A stretch of DNA of 60,962 nt, counting the filler, from Rhabdomonas costata (taxonomy: Eukaryota), in NCBI GenBank assembly GCA_019059605.1. It is 15 parts of 15 records of this genome, joined end to end, with 100 filler letters (N's around TTAATTAATTAA, not from the genome) between each part and the next. Parts side by side here need not be neighbours in the genome. Positions count along the whole stretch, not along the records: positions 20,882 to 24,798 come from JAHMHO010000446.1; positions 24,899 to 28,811 come from JAHMHO010000447.1; positions 28,912 to 32,906 come from JAHMHO010000448.1; positions 33,007 to 36,921 come from JAHMHO010000449.1; positions 37,022 to 40,930 come from JAHMHO010000450.1; 10 more parts are not named here. One strand, given 5' to 3'. Positions 24,794 to 37,027 of the stretch are shown piece by piece; the first letter of the stretch is position 1, and each line of letters begins with the position of its first letter. The position numbers were made by a program, and so were the translations under genes. The notes beneath the pieces are model-generated. The model made no database searches. It was not told where the DNA came from and saw nothing but the letters and a program-made list of their open reading frames with translations.

Positions 24794-25425
24794 CACACNN
24801 NNNNNNNNNNNNNNNNNNNNNNNNNNNNNNNNNNNNNNNNNNTTAATTAATTAANNNNNNNNNNNNNNNNNNNNNNNNNNNNNNNNNNNNNNNNNNNNTT
24901 ATTCTAAGCGCGTGATCAACATATTTTAATCAACAAGAAGAAGAAGAAAGGGGTTGAAAAGGGGATGCATAGTACCCCTTGCTTATGTTCAGGAAGTGTG
25001 GGCTGTGGGGCGGCCCAAGATCCCAGGCGCTTGTTCCTTTCTCTCTCTCGCAACCTCACCCCACCTCGCACATTCGTCGCTCCCCGGCTTGCTCGCTGAC
25101 CTTGTCATGCCTTTGTTGCGCGAAGAGCCCCCTTTACCCGTTCCAAGGCTCCAGGTCTTGTCATGTAGTTCAACATAGCTAATGATGGTGAGATCGGTAA
25201 AGCCAAACATTCACTCTCCGTTGCCACTGTTGGAACCCCGTTTGTGCGGGGGTGGTTATCGTGATCTGTTTCGTCATCTTCACATTCACTTTCTCCCCTT
25301 TTTTAGGCTGCAGAGACCGCAGACATTCGAACCCTCTGTCTGTCTCTCCTGGTGGTATTTCTTCTTTCTGTACAAGCTTTCCAAGCGTTTCAGTGTTCGG
25401 TTCGTTTTCTTCTGTGACACGGAAC

Positions 25426-28400
25426 ATGGCCGAGGCCGACACAATTATTTTGCTCCACCTCCGCTCCGCGGGGGTTTCGCTACCCCCTGAAGTGCTTTCG
25501 GTGGAAGACCTGGGCAGCGTGCAGTTCTACCGCGCCTGCCTTGCATGTGCTCGGGCCCTGCGGCCGGAGTCCTCTGCGGAGATTGCCCGGGAGTTGCCCC
25601 AGTCGGCCACCTCTCGCGTCATGGCGTGCACGTCCCTTGCTAAGGTTTGGCACTGGTCAGCCGCACTTATGCACACTTAAGAATAACTGCCTTTTTTTGC
25701 GTTCAGAGAGACCCCAGAGAGCAAAATCCCCAGCCTCAACAAACAAAACGAAAAAACGCAATTTGAACAGCAGTACAAAGTGCAGTTTCGGCTGAGGAGC
25801 ACAGCAGTCACTTTTCACTTTATGGAAAGACAGGAAGAAGACGTCATTGCCAGGTCGGGTGTGGCACGCACTCAAGGTGCGGAGGAAAACCACATTTCAG
25901 GGGACGCACACACATCACACACACACACATTCGTGGAATTTGAACAAAAGATGGGGTCAAAAGGAGATCCTGCTTCCCTAGTACTTGTACAGTGTTTGTT
26001 GTAGTCGGGCACCGCAGGAGCCGGTAGCACCATACACTTTGTTCGGTAATCCATCTCCTTGTTCCGAATGCACACGGGGATGGTGCTGGGTTCCCTCAGA
26101 TTATCAAGGACTGTGGGTATCCCGCTGAGGTGGGATTCAACACGTTTCTGTACGCCACGGCGGGGGAGATGCGGCAGGTGCTCCGCTTCCTCACCCAAAA
26201 AATGGCCTCCGCGGCCCACGACTGTCGCGCCCTCGAGAGCGAGCCCTCCCTGGCAGGCGCCCAGAGCGTTCTGCTCAGAGGTCCCATTTCCCCGCAGCTG
26301 TGGGCTCGAGGGTAGAGATAAGCATTGTAATAAGCTCTCAAAATTTTCAGGGGGTGCTACCAGCCTCTCATCTCATTCAAAGCGGTCTGACTTGTGGAGC
26401 AAGAGGCATGGCCCAAACCTTTTCCACGGACATCCGCGCAGGCGTTCCTTGTTGATCCTCTTTCGTGCTTCTGCTCTGCTTTCACACTTTGAGCAAGGAT
26501 CCGATTGAAAACGGGATGCGGGCTCACCCAGGCTTCTTCTGGGTTCCTTCTGGTAACACACAGCCCTGCGCAGTGTGGAAGAGGTGTACCTCACGTTCTC
26601 CGAAAAGCGGGGCAAGGCTCCCAGTCGCCTGGGCCTGGTAATATCTGTGCTGCTGTTTGCTTCCGGTGATCGGTGGTTACAAAGCTCTCATCCTAATTTG
26701 CGGTAGGGTACTCCAATGGGAGGAGCAAGGGTGCTGCGAAATGGCTTTTGATGGGCTGCCTTTCAGGCCTCATTTATATGCCGTGCCAAGATGAGTTCGG
26801 TGCTTTGTAGCACCCGAATATATGCTATTCGACGTATTCGAGATGCTTCTTTCTTTGAGGTGGATGGTATGTGTGGTGTTCAGAGCTGACGGAGCGGCGC
26901 TATGAACCAACAAAACTTTTTTCCGGTTAACTTTGCAGGAAGTGACGGCACCCTTCCAGCCCCCCCTGCTGGACCCCGTGGTGCACAGGGCAAGTCCTGT
27001 GGGGTGGGGCCATAGTTTTGAGCACTGGACCTTAAATATGGAGTCGAGCCGATTTCGGTGCCCTGACAGCATCCGTACCAGTAGTTTGTTTGACAACCAG
27101 CTCATGTCACATGTTTGTGTGCGAAAGAAAAGGAAGGAGAAGGAAAAAAAAACCGGAAAAGAAATGTGTCCTGGTCAAGACGCGCGCAGCCCATGGGTTT
27201 TCGAGCAATACTAGGTGCGGCGGATTGCCGGCTCTCATAACAGACCAGTATTAACCCTCCTCGCAACGAAAGTCAGTCTTCCCTTCGTATCGTATTCCGT
27301 GAATTGCGCTGCCCAGTTGTTGAATTTTATGGTCAGGGAGAAGAGGAGGCCGACAACGCCGGTTCCTCCGCGGTGAAGCTTTGGGAGGACGTGTGGGACA
27401 AGGCCTACGAGCAGGACGCCTCTGATGAGGACCCTCTGGTGTGCTTCTCTGGGTTTGAAACGAAACGTTCCTGGTGATGTTTGCAACCAGCTAATTAGAG
27501 CTCGATTTATTGGACAGTCTCCGAATCCTTGGTCCACAATTGCCCATTTCAGGTAAAAATAAGCACTGTGGCCCTAATGACACAGTGAGAGGAAAGCTTA
27601 TACCTCCTGCGCTGCAAGTTTTTTTTTTGCATTGCCCCCCTTCGGCTTGGGTTCGTAAATTACTTTGGGTGCTGTCGTGAACCCTCCGGTGCGTGGGTCA
27701 TGAAATCTCGCAAAGGGGATACGGAAGAGCCACCAAGGGACGCCACTACGGCTGAGGGTGATAGGCCGGAAAAGTTTGGCCCCAAGGACCGGTCCCCGCA
27801 GCGTGAGTATGTTTCAGCTTAGCCCTCTTCCATTACTTCCCCATTGGCTGCTGGGATTTTTTATTACCCCTTCCCTCTTGTTCAGCTTCACCTCGGGGGA
27901 TGGTACGACACCTACACGGGGCAGAACATGCCTGTGGAGCCCATCCTGGAGTGGGTGGGGAACACCGTGGAGAACATCCGAGCGTTGCGGCCGCGGGACG
28001 TGCTGGAGCTGGTTCGCTTCGCTTGGGTGCTGGGGGTGTTGCAAAAGGTGGCAGGAAAAAAGCCAATGTCCAAGTAACGACAAAGCTTATCGACGTGGTC
28101 GAAGGTCAAGTTGTGCGAAAAGCTGAACAACGTGCTCATAGAGCAACTTGTTTTTGCGTAGCTTCATTGAGCGAGGGAAAAGGTTATGGCAGTTTTGACG
28201 CCTTGATAATAACAGGGCTGCGGGACGGGCCTGCTGCTGTTCCGGTTGGCCCCTCAGTGCAATACCTACTACGGCACGGACATCTCCGGAGAAGGTGTAT
28301 TAGTGTGGATGTGGGCGTAGGCACTTCGGGGAGGGTGCCTTTGGGAATGTGCCGCCGCACCGCATTGAGGTTGCCGTCCCTTTTAGTGCACTTCTGAACT

Positions 28401-28772
28401 TCCATCCTATTGTCTGTAATCTCGGCTGTACTCTCAGTTGTCTGGGGACAGTTTCGGGTAAAATTATGCTCACTTTCCTGTGGTTTTACTGCGGCCTGAC
28501 CGATCCTCACGTCATCCTTGAGCCGGTTCCACCTGGTGCTGCTGCTCAGGAATCCGCTACGTGGCGCGGCAGGTGCAGCGCTTGCAGTGGAGCAACGTGA
28601 GAGTGGCCCAGGGGGGCGCCCATGAGCCCTTCCCCATGGCCCCGGAGGGCGGCAGTAGCCCCCCTCTGTTTGACGTGGTGGTTCTGAATGGGGTGACGCA
28701 GTTCTTCCCCACGGTGGAGTACCTGATGCAAGTCCTGGAGAACGCTGCGAAGGCGCTGAAGCCCGAGGGAGG
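25426..28772 (+). CDS. Fusion protein: CCDC22-type N-terminal CH-like domain + NRPS-type SAM-dependent N-methyltransferase domain (3'-truncated by contig end)
   Basis: Eight in-frame exons: 25426-25644, 26100-26280, 26564-26637, 26939-26989, 27337-27438, 27886-28011, 28216-28294, 28550-28772. Exons 1-2 read MAEADTIILLHLRSAGVSLPPEV...LAKIIKDCGYPAEVGFNTFLYATAGEMRQVLRFL (CCDC22-like). Exons 5-8 read WEDVWDKAY...DPLLHLGGWYDTYTGQNMPVEPILEWVGNTVENIRALRPRDVLELGCGTGLLLFRLAPQCNTYYGTDIS...FDVVVLNGVTQFFPTVEYLMQVLENAAKALKPEG (NRPS nMT-like). Confidence 0.85.
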
Positions 28773-29000
28773 GTATCTTCTGCATGTGTACCACTCCTTT
28801 CTCCACCCCCCNNNNNNNNNNNNNNNNNNNNNNNNNNNNNNNNNNNNNNNNNNNNTTAATTAATTAANNNNNNNNNNNNNNNNNNNNNNNNNNNNNNNNN
28901 NNNNNNNNNNNGGGTGTTGGGGGACTGTGTGTTTCTCGTACGTGGTTTTGGATGGAACCGTTGCTCTTCACTCAGGAGTTGAGGATAGGAGAGGAAGAAG

Positions 29001-29712
29001 ATGCAGTTATTTGTCAAGACCTTGACCGGGAAGACTGTCGCCATAAATGTTTGTTCTGTTAGACCCTTCAGATTATGATCCTCACGATTTATTGCGATTG
29101 CCCTTTGATACTGCGTTTTTTCTCAGGCGGATGGGAAAGATTCTGTTGCGGATGTCAAGTCAAAGATTTTATCGCTGGAGGGGATCCCGGAGGACCTCCA
29201 GTGTTTGATTTTTGGTGGGAAGCAGCTCCTCGATGAGAGGTTTCATGCGTTTGCTGCGTCTTACTATTTTTGTTTTTGGTTGTCTAAGTCTCTGCGGTGC
29301 TTATTGTCGTTCAAAGCACGCTGGAGGAAAGCGGCGTGGAGCAGGAGTGCATCCTGAACCTGACAGTTCGCCTGCTTGGAGGTGGAGGCAAGAAGAAGAA
29401 GAAGAAGGTTTACACCAAGCCCAAGAAGAACAAGCATAAGAAGAAGAAGACACCTTTGGCGGTGCTGAAGTTCTACAAGGTCGACGACGATGGCAATATT
29501 ACTCGCACCCGCATCGAGTGTCCTCATCCAGGTCGTTGGATTCTGTTTTCTTTTTCCACTTAGTGGTGTTCCATATGAGCCGCGCAGGTATGACGGGCAT
29601 ATGCTGCTGTGTTTTCACAGACTGCGGTGCTGGGGTGTTCATGGCCGCCCACAAGGACAGGCAGTACTGCGGCAAGTGCGCGTTGACCTATGTCTTCCAA
29701 AAGGAGGAATAA
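29001..29712 (+). CDS. RPS27A: Ubiquitin-like domain fused to 40S ribosomal protein S27a (eS31)
   Basis: Exons 29001-29048, 29127-29239, 29317-29531, 29621-29712: [12 protein letters not shown]...[17 protein letters not shown]...[40 protein letters not shown]...[29 protein letters not shown]. Confidence 0.97.
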
Positions 29713-30548
29713 ATGCACCCGTGTTTTTGTGGCACAGTACCTGTCGATGTCTTTTTGAAATCTCTTCTTCGGCCTTTCCGAGGATTCCTCCTCCAGCCTG
29801 GTGAGAACGTTGCACGAAGGTTGCTGCTCTTCGGTACCCTGAAGTTTTTCCTGTCGTGATGATTTTGAGTGGGGGAGGCTCTTTGTGAGTCAGGACAACT
29901 TCCCGGTGTCCAATTCATATTCAGACAACGTATTTTTGGGATCTCAAAAAGGCAGACCGAACATGAGCATGAGTGCTTTGGGTGCGCCCATCTACACTTC
30001 GTTCGTCTGGCAGTGCGGCAGCAAAAGCATGTGTTTCAGAATACCGGCGACGCAGCCCCAGCAGCCGTCTGGGTGGCCTCGTCCACCGCCTTGCTTCTCC
30101 ACCCCGCCCCGCCAGTAGAGGAGGAGCGGGACGAGCTACCCATGGAAGAAACGGAGGCGGCCTAATAGGCCAGAGGCGCCATGCCGTCCCTCAAATGATC
30201 ATCGTGAGAAGTCCGTCGACACGAAGCAATGCGAGACCTCCGCTTTGTCCTCCTGAGTCGTTCCTTCGTTCCTGGATTAAACAAACTTCTCAAAAACAAA
30301 GGAAAAATGGTCACCTTTGAATACCCTTTTCGCGGCGCCCTTTGAATACCATTTTGTCGGGGGGTCAAGCGTGGAATGGTCGATGCCTCGCCCCGGACCT
30401 CCAGCTCGTCGTCGTCGGTGGGGTCCGCTGATCCTCGGACCCGCCTCCAGCCGTGCTTGCCGCGGGTCGCCGCCATCAGCGCCACATCCGGGGAAAGCGA
30501 ATCCCACACGTTTGCATCGGCTCAGTGTCACGGCCCAAATCACGGAGC

Positions 30549-32906
30549 TGTGACCAGAGAAAGACAGCTCATTTAGGTGTGGCTAGAGAAGGTGTGGAGC
30601 AATCCAGATGAGAAGAGAGAGGTAATATGATGAGAGAAGGGAAGCAAAGGATGCAAGCAAGGAAGAGTGCAGTGAGGGAAGGCGTGGATTCCAGAGTGGA
30701 TAAGACCAAAAGAGGTAAGGGTAATTACAATGGAGGTTAGAGAAGAGAGTTTTGTCTGAGTTTGTTTTCAGCAGGATTCGAAGGAGAACTACGGCAGGCC
30801 AGCGAGAAGAAGAAGCCCATGAAGAACAAGGCCGCCGACAGTCAAGGAGATCAAGCAAGTGGGCAGAGAGAGCGAGGAAGGAAAACACGACCGACGAAAA
30901 AGGAGTGAGCGCCAGAGAGGNNNNNNNNNNNNNNNNNNNNNNNNNNNNNNNNNNNNNNNNNNNNNNNNNNNNNNNNNNNNNNNNNNNNNNNNNNNNNNNN
31001 NNNNNNGGAAAACCCGACCGACGAAAAAGGAGTGAGCGCCAGAGAGGTTGCCCCTTTTTCGTATGTTGCGTAACTGCATGTGGTGTGGTGTGTTTCTGCG
31101 CGGGTTTTGGGGGGAAATCTCTGTGAACGTTTCGGTGGGATTGTGGTTGTGCCGCCGCTCCCTTCGGAAAGCCAAAGAGGAAGGAGGTTAGTGCGCATTT
31201 TGGAGGTACAGTAGCATTGGAATTGCTACTGGCACGCAGGCGGCCATTTCACCCCAAGTCCCCCCTCCGAGTTTGGCGAAGCGAGGCGGTGAGGCAGAAG
31301 ACCCCCCCTCGAAGAATTAGTCCCAGCTGCGGAGTCCGCAGGAGAAGTTTGAAGCGCCAGGTGCGCAAGCAAGTGAGGTTGTTAAGTGGAAGGCGGTTTA
31401 GTCCCCTTCCGAGTGTTTCTGGTCGAAGCGAAGGCTGTCAAGTCCCCTTCAAAGTGAGGCGCGGCGCGAGGTCGGGGGATTTTGACGAATTAAGACGGGT
31501 TGCGGAGCGAAGGTGGTTAAGTCACCTTCGTAGGAGTTTGAGAAGCGACCGAGAGGGTGTGACGGAGTGGCAGTTTGCGACCGAGAGTCGTCGAACAAGA
31601 GTCCACAGTCTTGGGCAGCTGCGAGGAGTGGTTGCGGCCAGGCTCTACCCGGCCCTCTGCGAAGCGAGGCCAAACCGGGGGAAAAGTCTCCTCACCTAGT
31701 TGAGTTGACAGCGCTCACAAAGCGAACGTTTTGTCGAGAGGGACCACGGAGAGGAGCGGATCGAGTGGGCTACGCGGGGAAGTCGCAAGAGCCACGTAAT
31801 TGGTCCGAGCCCGCCGTGCCGTCTGACACTCAGAGATGGCCTGATGGTGTAATTCGCCATGCGTGTTCGCGGCCGACGCCTAATAATTCCACCATGCGTT
31901 ACATTATCCCAAGATCCTGCTCTTACAACTCATTTCCTTCTTAATGCTAGGCTGAAACATCTATCGCTTTTGCCTCTGTTTCCGCGGAACTTCAACTGCC
32001 ACCTCCGAGCCTCTTAATCCACTTCATCGTCTCCGATAAAACCACCACTTCCTTTACAGTTGGCTCATGGCATCTGTGGTACTGCTATGGTTTATCTAAC
32101 TCAACCTCTTTATCTGGCATTTCCTCGTATTCAAAATCATCTTCTTTCACGTCTATATGAAATTCTGAATGTCATTATGTAATCACTGGACCAATTGCCT
32201 AATCTTATTCTTCTTTTTCAACCAAGGTTCCTACTTCCGCTTGAATCTCCTTCCTCTTCGCTTGGAATAGGGATTTTAGCACATTCCTCATGCGCTCTCC
32301 GCGCAGCTCACTTTCTCACCATCGGACTCACTGTGTGAGAGTCTTTTTCTACAACTGGAGTCCTCAATATTGATCTGTGAGATATGCCGGAGTGACTTCC
32401 ATCCTGACCGACAATCTTCCTCCGACACATATCAGGTGATGATTCCACCGGTCCCTACTCTGCTCCATCTCCATCATCTCTACAACCACATTCACATCCA
32501 TCTCCAATACCCCGTGTCCTTCCTCTTCTTCTTCGTTTTCAGACACCATACACATTTGACCTAACACCCTTCTCTTATAAGTAAAAATATCAACTCGAGT
32601 GAATAACTCAATGTGCTATCCCTCTCACTTCCTATGTCACATCAAGCACAACGTGCTATCCTTGATCTTCTTTATAATTGTGAATGGCATTTGGCCTGCC
32701 TTTGGCATCATAGTCCACAAACCTTCAGCGGTAATGCCTGTTCTTGCTTATAAGCACTTTCTGACCACAACAAAACTTAAAAAACCTTGGACTGGTGTCT
32801 GGGATTCCTGAAATACTACCAGTACTTCCCAATAGCCTCCTCCAATGTCTTGGAACGCTTGGCCTGTATGTCACTTTCAAGGCCACTCACAAAAAGATAC
32901 AACAAA
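30549..32906 (-). mobile_element. Probable decayed Ty3/gypsy-like LTR retrotransposon 3' end (integrase tail remnant, purine-rich tract, LTR)
   Basis: The minus strand carries broken KFCCGQKVLISK and MPKAGQMPFTIIKKIKDSTL (~32778-32649), resembling the F.VG..VL / GPF.I integrase C-terminal motifs. A purine-rich stretch precedes TGTAAC at 31903, and a candidate LTR end GTCACA lies at 30549. No splice-type exons were found. Confidence 0.45.
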
Positions 32907-33597
32907 NNNNNNNNNNNNNNNNNNNNNNNNNNNNNNNNNNNNNNNNNNNNTTAATTAATTAANNNNNNNNNNNNNNNNNNNNNNNNNNNNNNNNNNNNNN
33001 NNNNNNGTGGGGTGTGAAGGTGGCTAGGGGGGAGTGCTGACGCATTCAATTTCAGAGAGTTGGTTGCTGACGGAAGAGGAGCAGCGCGCCAATGAAAGAG
33101 AGAGAGAATAACGGCATTGGTAGCCCTTTTTTGACTCTGATTGTAAAATTGCCTAGCCAATGTGCCAGAGTATGAATGCTGATTGCGTGGAGTAAGGGGT
33201 CGGTTCGAGGGGAGTTCCAAACTGATTCCCACACGTGGGAGAAGGTGAGTTCGTCATTTCTTCCTAATCATTAACACTTCCAACCTTGCAGCACATGTGA
33301 AGCAGGGAGGGGGGGATTATAAAAAACATAAAATCGACCAACTATTCACACCGTGCTCTGAAAGCTGATATACTTATACTCGGGTTTACGCCAGTTTAAA
33401 CACCCAACAGCTGCTTGGTTAGGTAAAAATCAACACCGAATAAACCGCGCAAACAGACCCGCAACATTCCCCATCCAAACATTCAAACACCCCAGGTCGT
33501 GGTAAGGTCCTGGTAAGGCTAGTGGGCTAAAGTTACTTCTGCTCATTCTGCAGGATCTCTGGCACACCTCCACACAATGAGGGAGGAGGGGGCTTAC

Positions 33598-34733
33598 CTC
33601 CGCCACTTCTACGGGGGCGCGCTTGCCGAAGGAGATCTTGGTGTCTGCCGCGCTGGGCACGGCGCGGTACAGCCGCTCCAGGATCTGCACCGTCTGCTCG
33701 CAAGGGACAACGGCAGGGAGGCAGAGACACATTACCCCCCCCCCTCCCGGAAATAACTGAAGCAGATGAAATCCTGCGTAAGCTACCTCGATGCACCTGT
33801 AATCTTGCTCTTGGAAAACAGCAAGGAAATCGCAGGCTAGCAAAAAGCATCCAAAAAATGACGGCAGCAGAAAGAACCGTGACTAGCCGCAAAACTAAGC
33901 AAAACTGGCCGGAACCACGGTGCCACGGTTCCTGAGAAAACAAGTCAAAACCAGCGAAAACCTGCCCAAACCATTCCAAAACCAGTCAAAGACCACTGGA
34001 AGTCACACTGGTGCAGACGAAATCATATTCAACAGCTATAACCACATGGAACCAAACAAAACCACTGCAAAAAAAGGGCCATGCGCACCAAAAAACCACT
34101 TGCCAATCAGTCAAAACAAAATATAGCCACTCAAAACCAGTGAAAAACACTGATAACCAGCGCTGCATATGTTAAGTGGTTGTCCAGGGGGGAAGGATCC
34201 AAAATCCAAAAGGTCTTGAAAGCTTCCGGTCCCAGCAGCAGGTACACACAACACACACGCTCGGCAAGTTCATGCATGGAGGCATACAGATGGATATTGC
34301 CCCTTTCACCTCCCAAAAAAAATTTAATGCGATTTGAATTCGCAGTGGTTGGGAGGAGGGGAGTGCGCCTTCTATCTGTACTGTCTACACGTGCTACACC
34401 CGTGGCTGCCCTCTTTACGATTTTGCATGGGAATATTGAAAGTCATGGTTTGACCCATTTTTCCCAGAAACGGCAATTTTTTGAGCACTGTGCTCAAAAT
34501 TGATGGGCGTCTCGTCGGATGATGTCAGAAGAACGATGGGCATATGGCATGTACATTCATTCAAAGTTTCTATTATTCCCCGTTTGTGTGAAAAATTATC
34601 CCATAAGAGAGGGAACGTGTCATACCATTTCCTCCTTGCCTTGCCGACAGGACTCTTTAGCGGCCTCCGCTAGTCGCAGCAGGGGCAGCGACTGGATCGC
34701 CTCCAGGTCGTCCTTCCGCACAGCCTCCGAGAC
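33598..34733 (-). CDS. Scattered exons of a hypothetical protein
   Basis: GC-rich exon-like blocks VSEAVRKDDLEAIQSLPLLRLAEAAKES (from 34733, after cag) and QTVQILERLYRAVPSAADTKISFGKRAPVEVAE|gtaag (ending 33598). The full model is unresolved. Confidence 0.4.
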
Positions 34734-35281
34734 CTGCCCATACCCACAGCCGCGCCCACCACTCACAAGCCCCGCACGCAAGCGCAAGGGTGAATAACTG
34801 CAGAGGATTTCCGAGGTTGGAGGTCATCTAACCCAAAACGAAAAAGCGGTTGTGTGGATTTTGTTTTCATTGGGAGCTCATGTGTGTACAAGCGTTGGAT
34901 TGTAGTGAGTTTCGTTGCGCAAGCGAAGCTGCGCAGTGCGGGATGATAGCCGCGTCCGTCGTAGCAGTGGCAACGTTCCGGCCTCTTGTTTCCTGCGATC
35001 GGAGCGGCTTGAGGGGGATCCATCCCCTCAAGCGGTACGGCACTGAGCAAATGAAACGCGTCCTCCACTCGTCCCAGCGTCAGCCAAGCTCACTACCCAC
35101 AATCAAAAACGCATCATTGTCCTAAAATGCAGAGAATAATCCGATGATTCATCTCGTCCTTCCATCACCCAGCACAAGCAAGCCAAATAGGGGAGGGCCC
35201 ATAAAATCGACAAATCAGATTACGAGAAACGAAAAGACGCAGAACCGAGGTGGGAAGAGCACGCAGACGATTACAGAAACA

Positions 35282-35325
35282 ATGTCATGTCATGTCATGT
35301 CATGTCATGTCATGTCATGTCATGT
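35282..35325. repeat. (ATGTC)n pentanucleotide microsatellite
   Basis: About 9 perfect units. Confidence 0.95.
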
Positions 35326-37027
35326 GATATCTGGTGGTGGGGAGACGGTGGCACGAACGCAAAGAAAGCACAACAGGCGCCCAGAGGACCATCGTAACAC
35401 CAAAAAAGCGCGAGGCAAGGCGAGATAAGACAAGGAGAAAACTCTCTCTCACTCCAGCGCTCTCCCATCGCCACACACCAACTCACGGTATCCCCACTCC
35501 TTCAACTTTCCCCTTTATCAGCGTCTTGGAGGGAACACGGTGGGAAAAGCCTCTGGAAAGCGGCCTGGGGCTCCGGAGTCCGTGCGGGGGACAAAGCGGA
35601 ATCTGAAAGGACGCTGCAATGGAAGAGAAAAGCCGAAATCACCAAAAGGGCATCAGCGCGACTCGCAGTGACCGTGAACTTCCCAACGTTACCAACCAAT
35701 CCACCGCGGTAACAAAGACACATATCGTGCCTTTGAGGTTATAAGGATTTTTCCCGGCTCGTAATGAGACACATGGAATTCTGACATCTGACGGATAGTG
35801 GCTCAGATGGATCCGGTTTGAAAGGTCGGGGACGGTAACTGCACTCGGCCGCCACTGAATTAATTAGCAAAAAAAAGTCATCACCGGCCCCTCCTCCCCA
35901 ATTCTTCAAAGATCAAGGATTTTCAGCCCTATCGAACTATTCCTGCAGCTCTGCCTCGCGAAGTGGGTACCGGATATCAATCCAACCCTCACTCCCTGCT
36001 TCAACCCAGTGGGGTGAAACAAGCGGCGTCTTGAGCGGCGCCTTGGCCTGCCCTCGTTTGCCCTTCGTTCTGCGAAAGGGCAACCCGTCGGCTCCACCCC
36101 CGACCAGACATTATAGCAGCGGGGGGGGGGGCTGCCGATCGACCCCACCAGCACACCAGTCATTGCGCGAATTGCGTAGAGGAACAGCAATGACAGCAGT
36201 GGCAACAGGATCGAAGGAAAGCCCCAGGATAGTAGGAAGTCATGGGGTGTAGCAAGGAATCACAAATCGCAGAGCCTCCCGAAAAATCTTCGGGGATCAG
36301 GTCACCCAATGGCGATTCGCGGGGGGATCCCCGCACCATCCTCTCAAAGCCCCCTTAGGGGGCGACGCCGATCCATTTTCTCCACCAGAGAAAGATAAAC
36401 CCATTTCCACCCCACCCGCTAAGAGCCGCTTCACTCACATCGCTGCAAGAAGGATACAAGAAGCACAAAAGAATGGCGTGGAGTCGAGTATCGTAGTAGG
36501 AAAGCTGGTGAGAGTGAGATGCACGAGCGGTACATGCCAAGTTCTAGACTTATGTTGGCCGACGTAGTAATCCTTACAGGTAGATCGATGTTCTACATAC
36601 ACGCCCAATGGTTGGCCATGGGGTCAACTTCAGTAGCAGCTTTCCCTGGCAGCTTATTTTGCAGCCAAAAGCACCGAGTATCGTCTCATATGATAGGAGG
36701 ATGTGGGCAACCGCCTCCACCATTAACAGCAAGATGCACTGCTCGAGGATTTCGAAGAAGCACCATAGTTCCTCTTGTGATAATATAGGACAGGTCCCTT
36801 TGGGTTCCTTCTTACTCTTTCTGTCAGGTCCTTTTCCCTCCGAGATAGGACTGCCGCGGTACCAGTGGCAACAAAAAAAAATAGACCAAAAATGCCCCAT
36901 TTCCCGGAAAAGTCCATAAAGNNNNNNNNNNNNNNNNNNNNNNNNNNNNNNNNNNNNNNNNNNNNTTAATTAATTAANNNNNNNNNNNNNNNNNNNNNNN
37001 NNNNNNNNNNNNNNNNNNNNNTGTTGG

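Noticed and set aside
265-28772. Apparent cluster of endosomal trafficking genes (VPS51, LITAF-like, VAC14, CCDC22-like)
   Set aside because: Each lies on a different contig, and the contigs appear ordered roughly by length, so adjacency carries no linkage information.
31255-31550. Spaced AGTCCCC..GAAGCG motifs as a CRISPR-like array
   Set aside because: The repeats are degenerate and irregularly spaced, and there are no cas genes. They fit LTR sub-repeats better.
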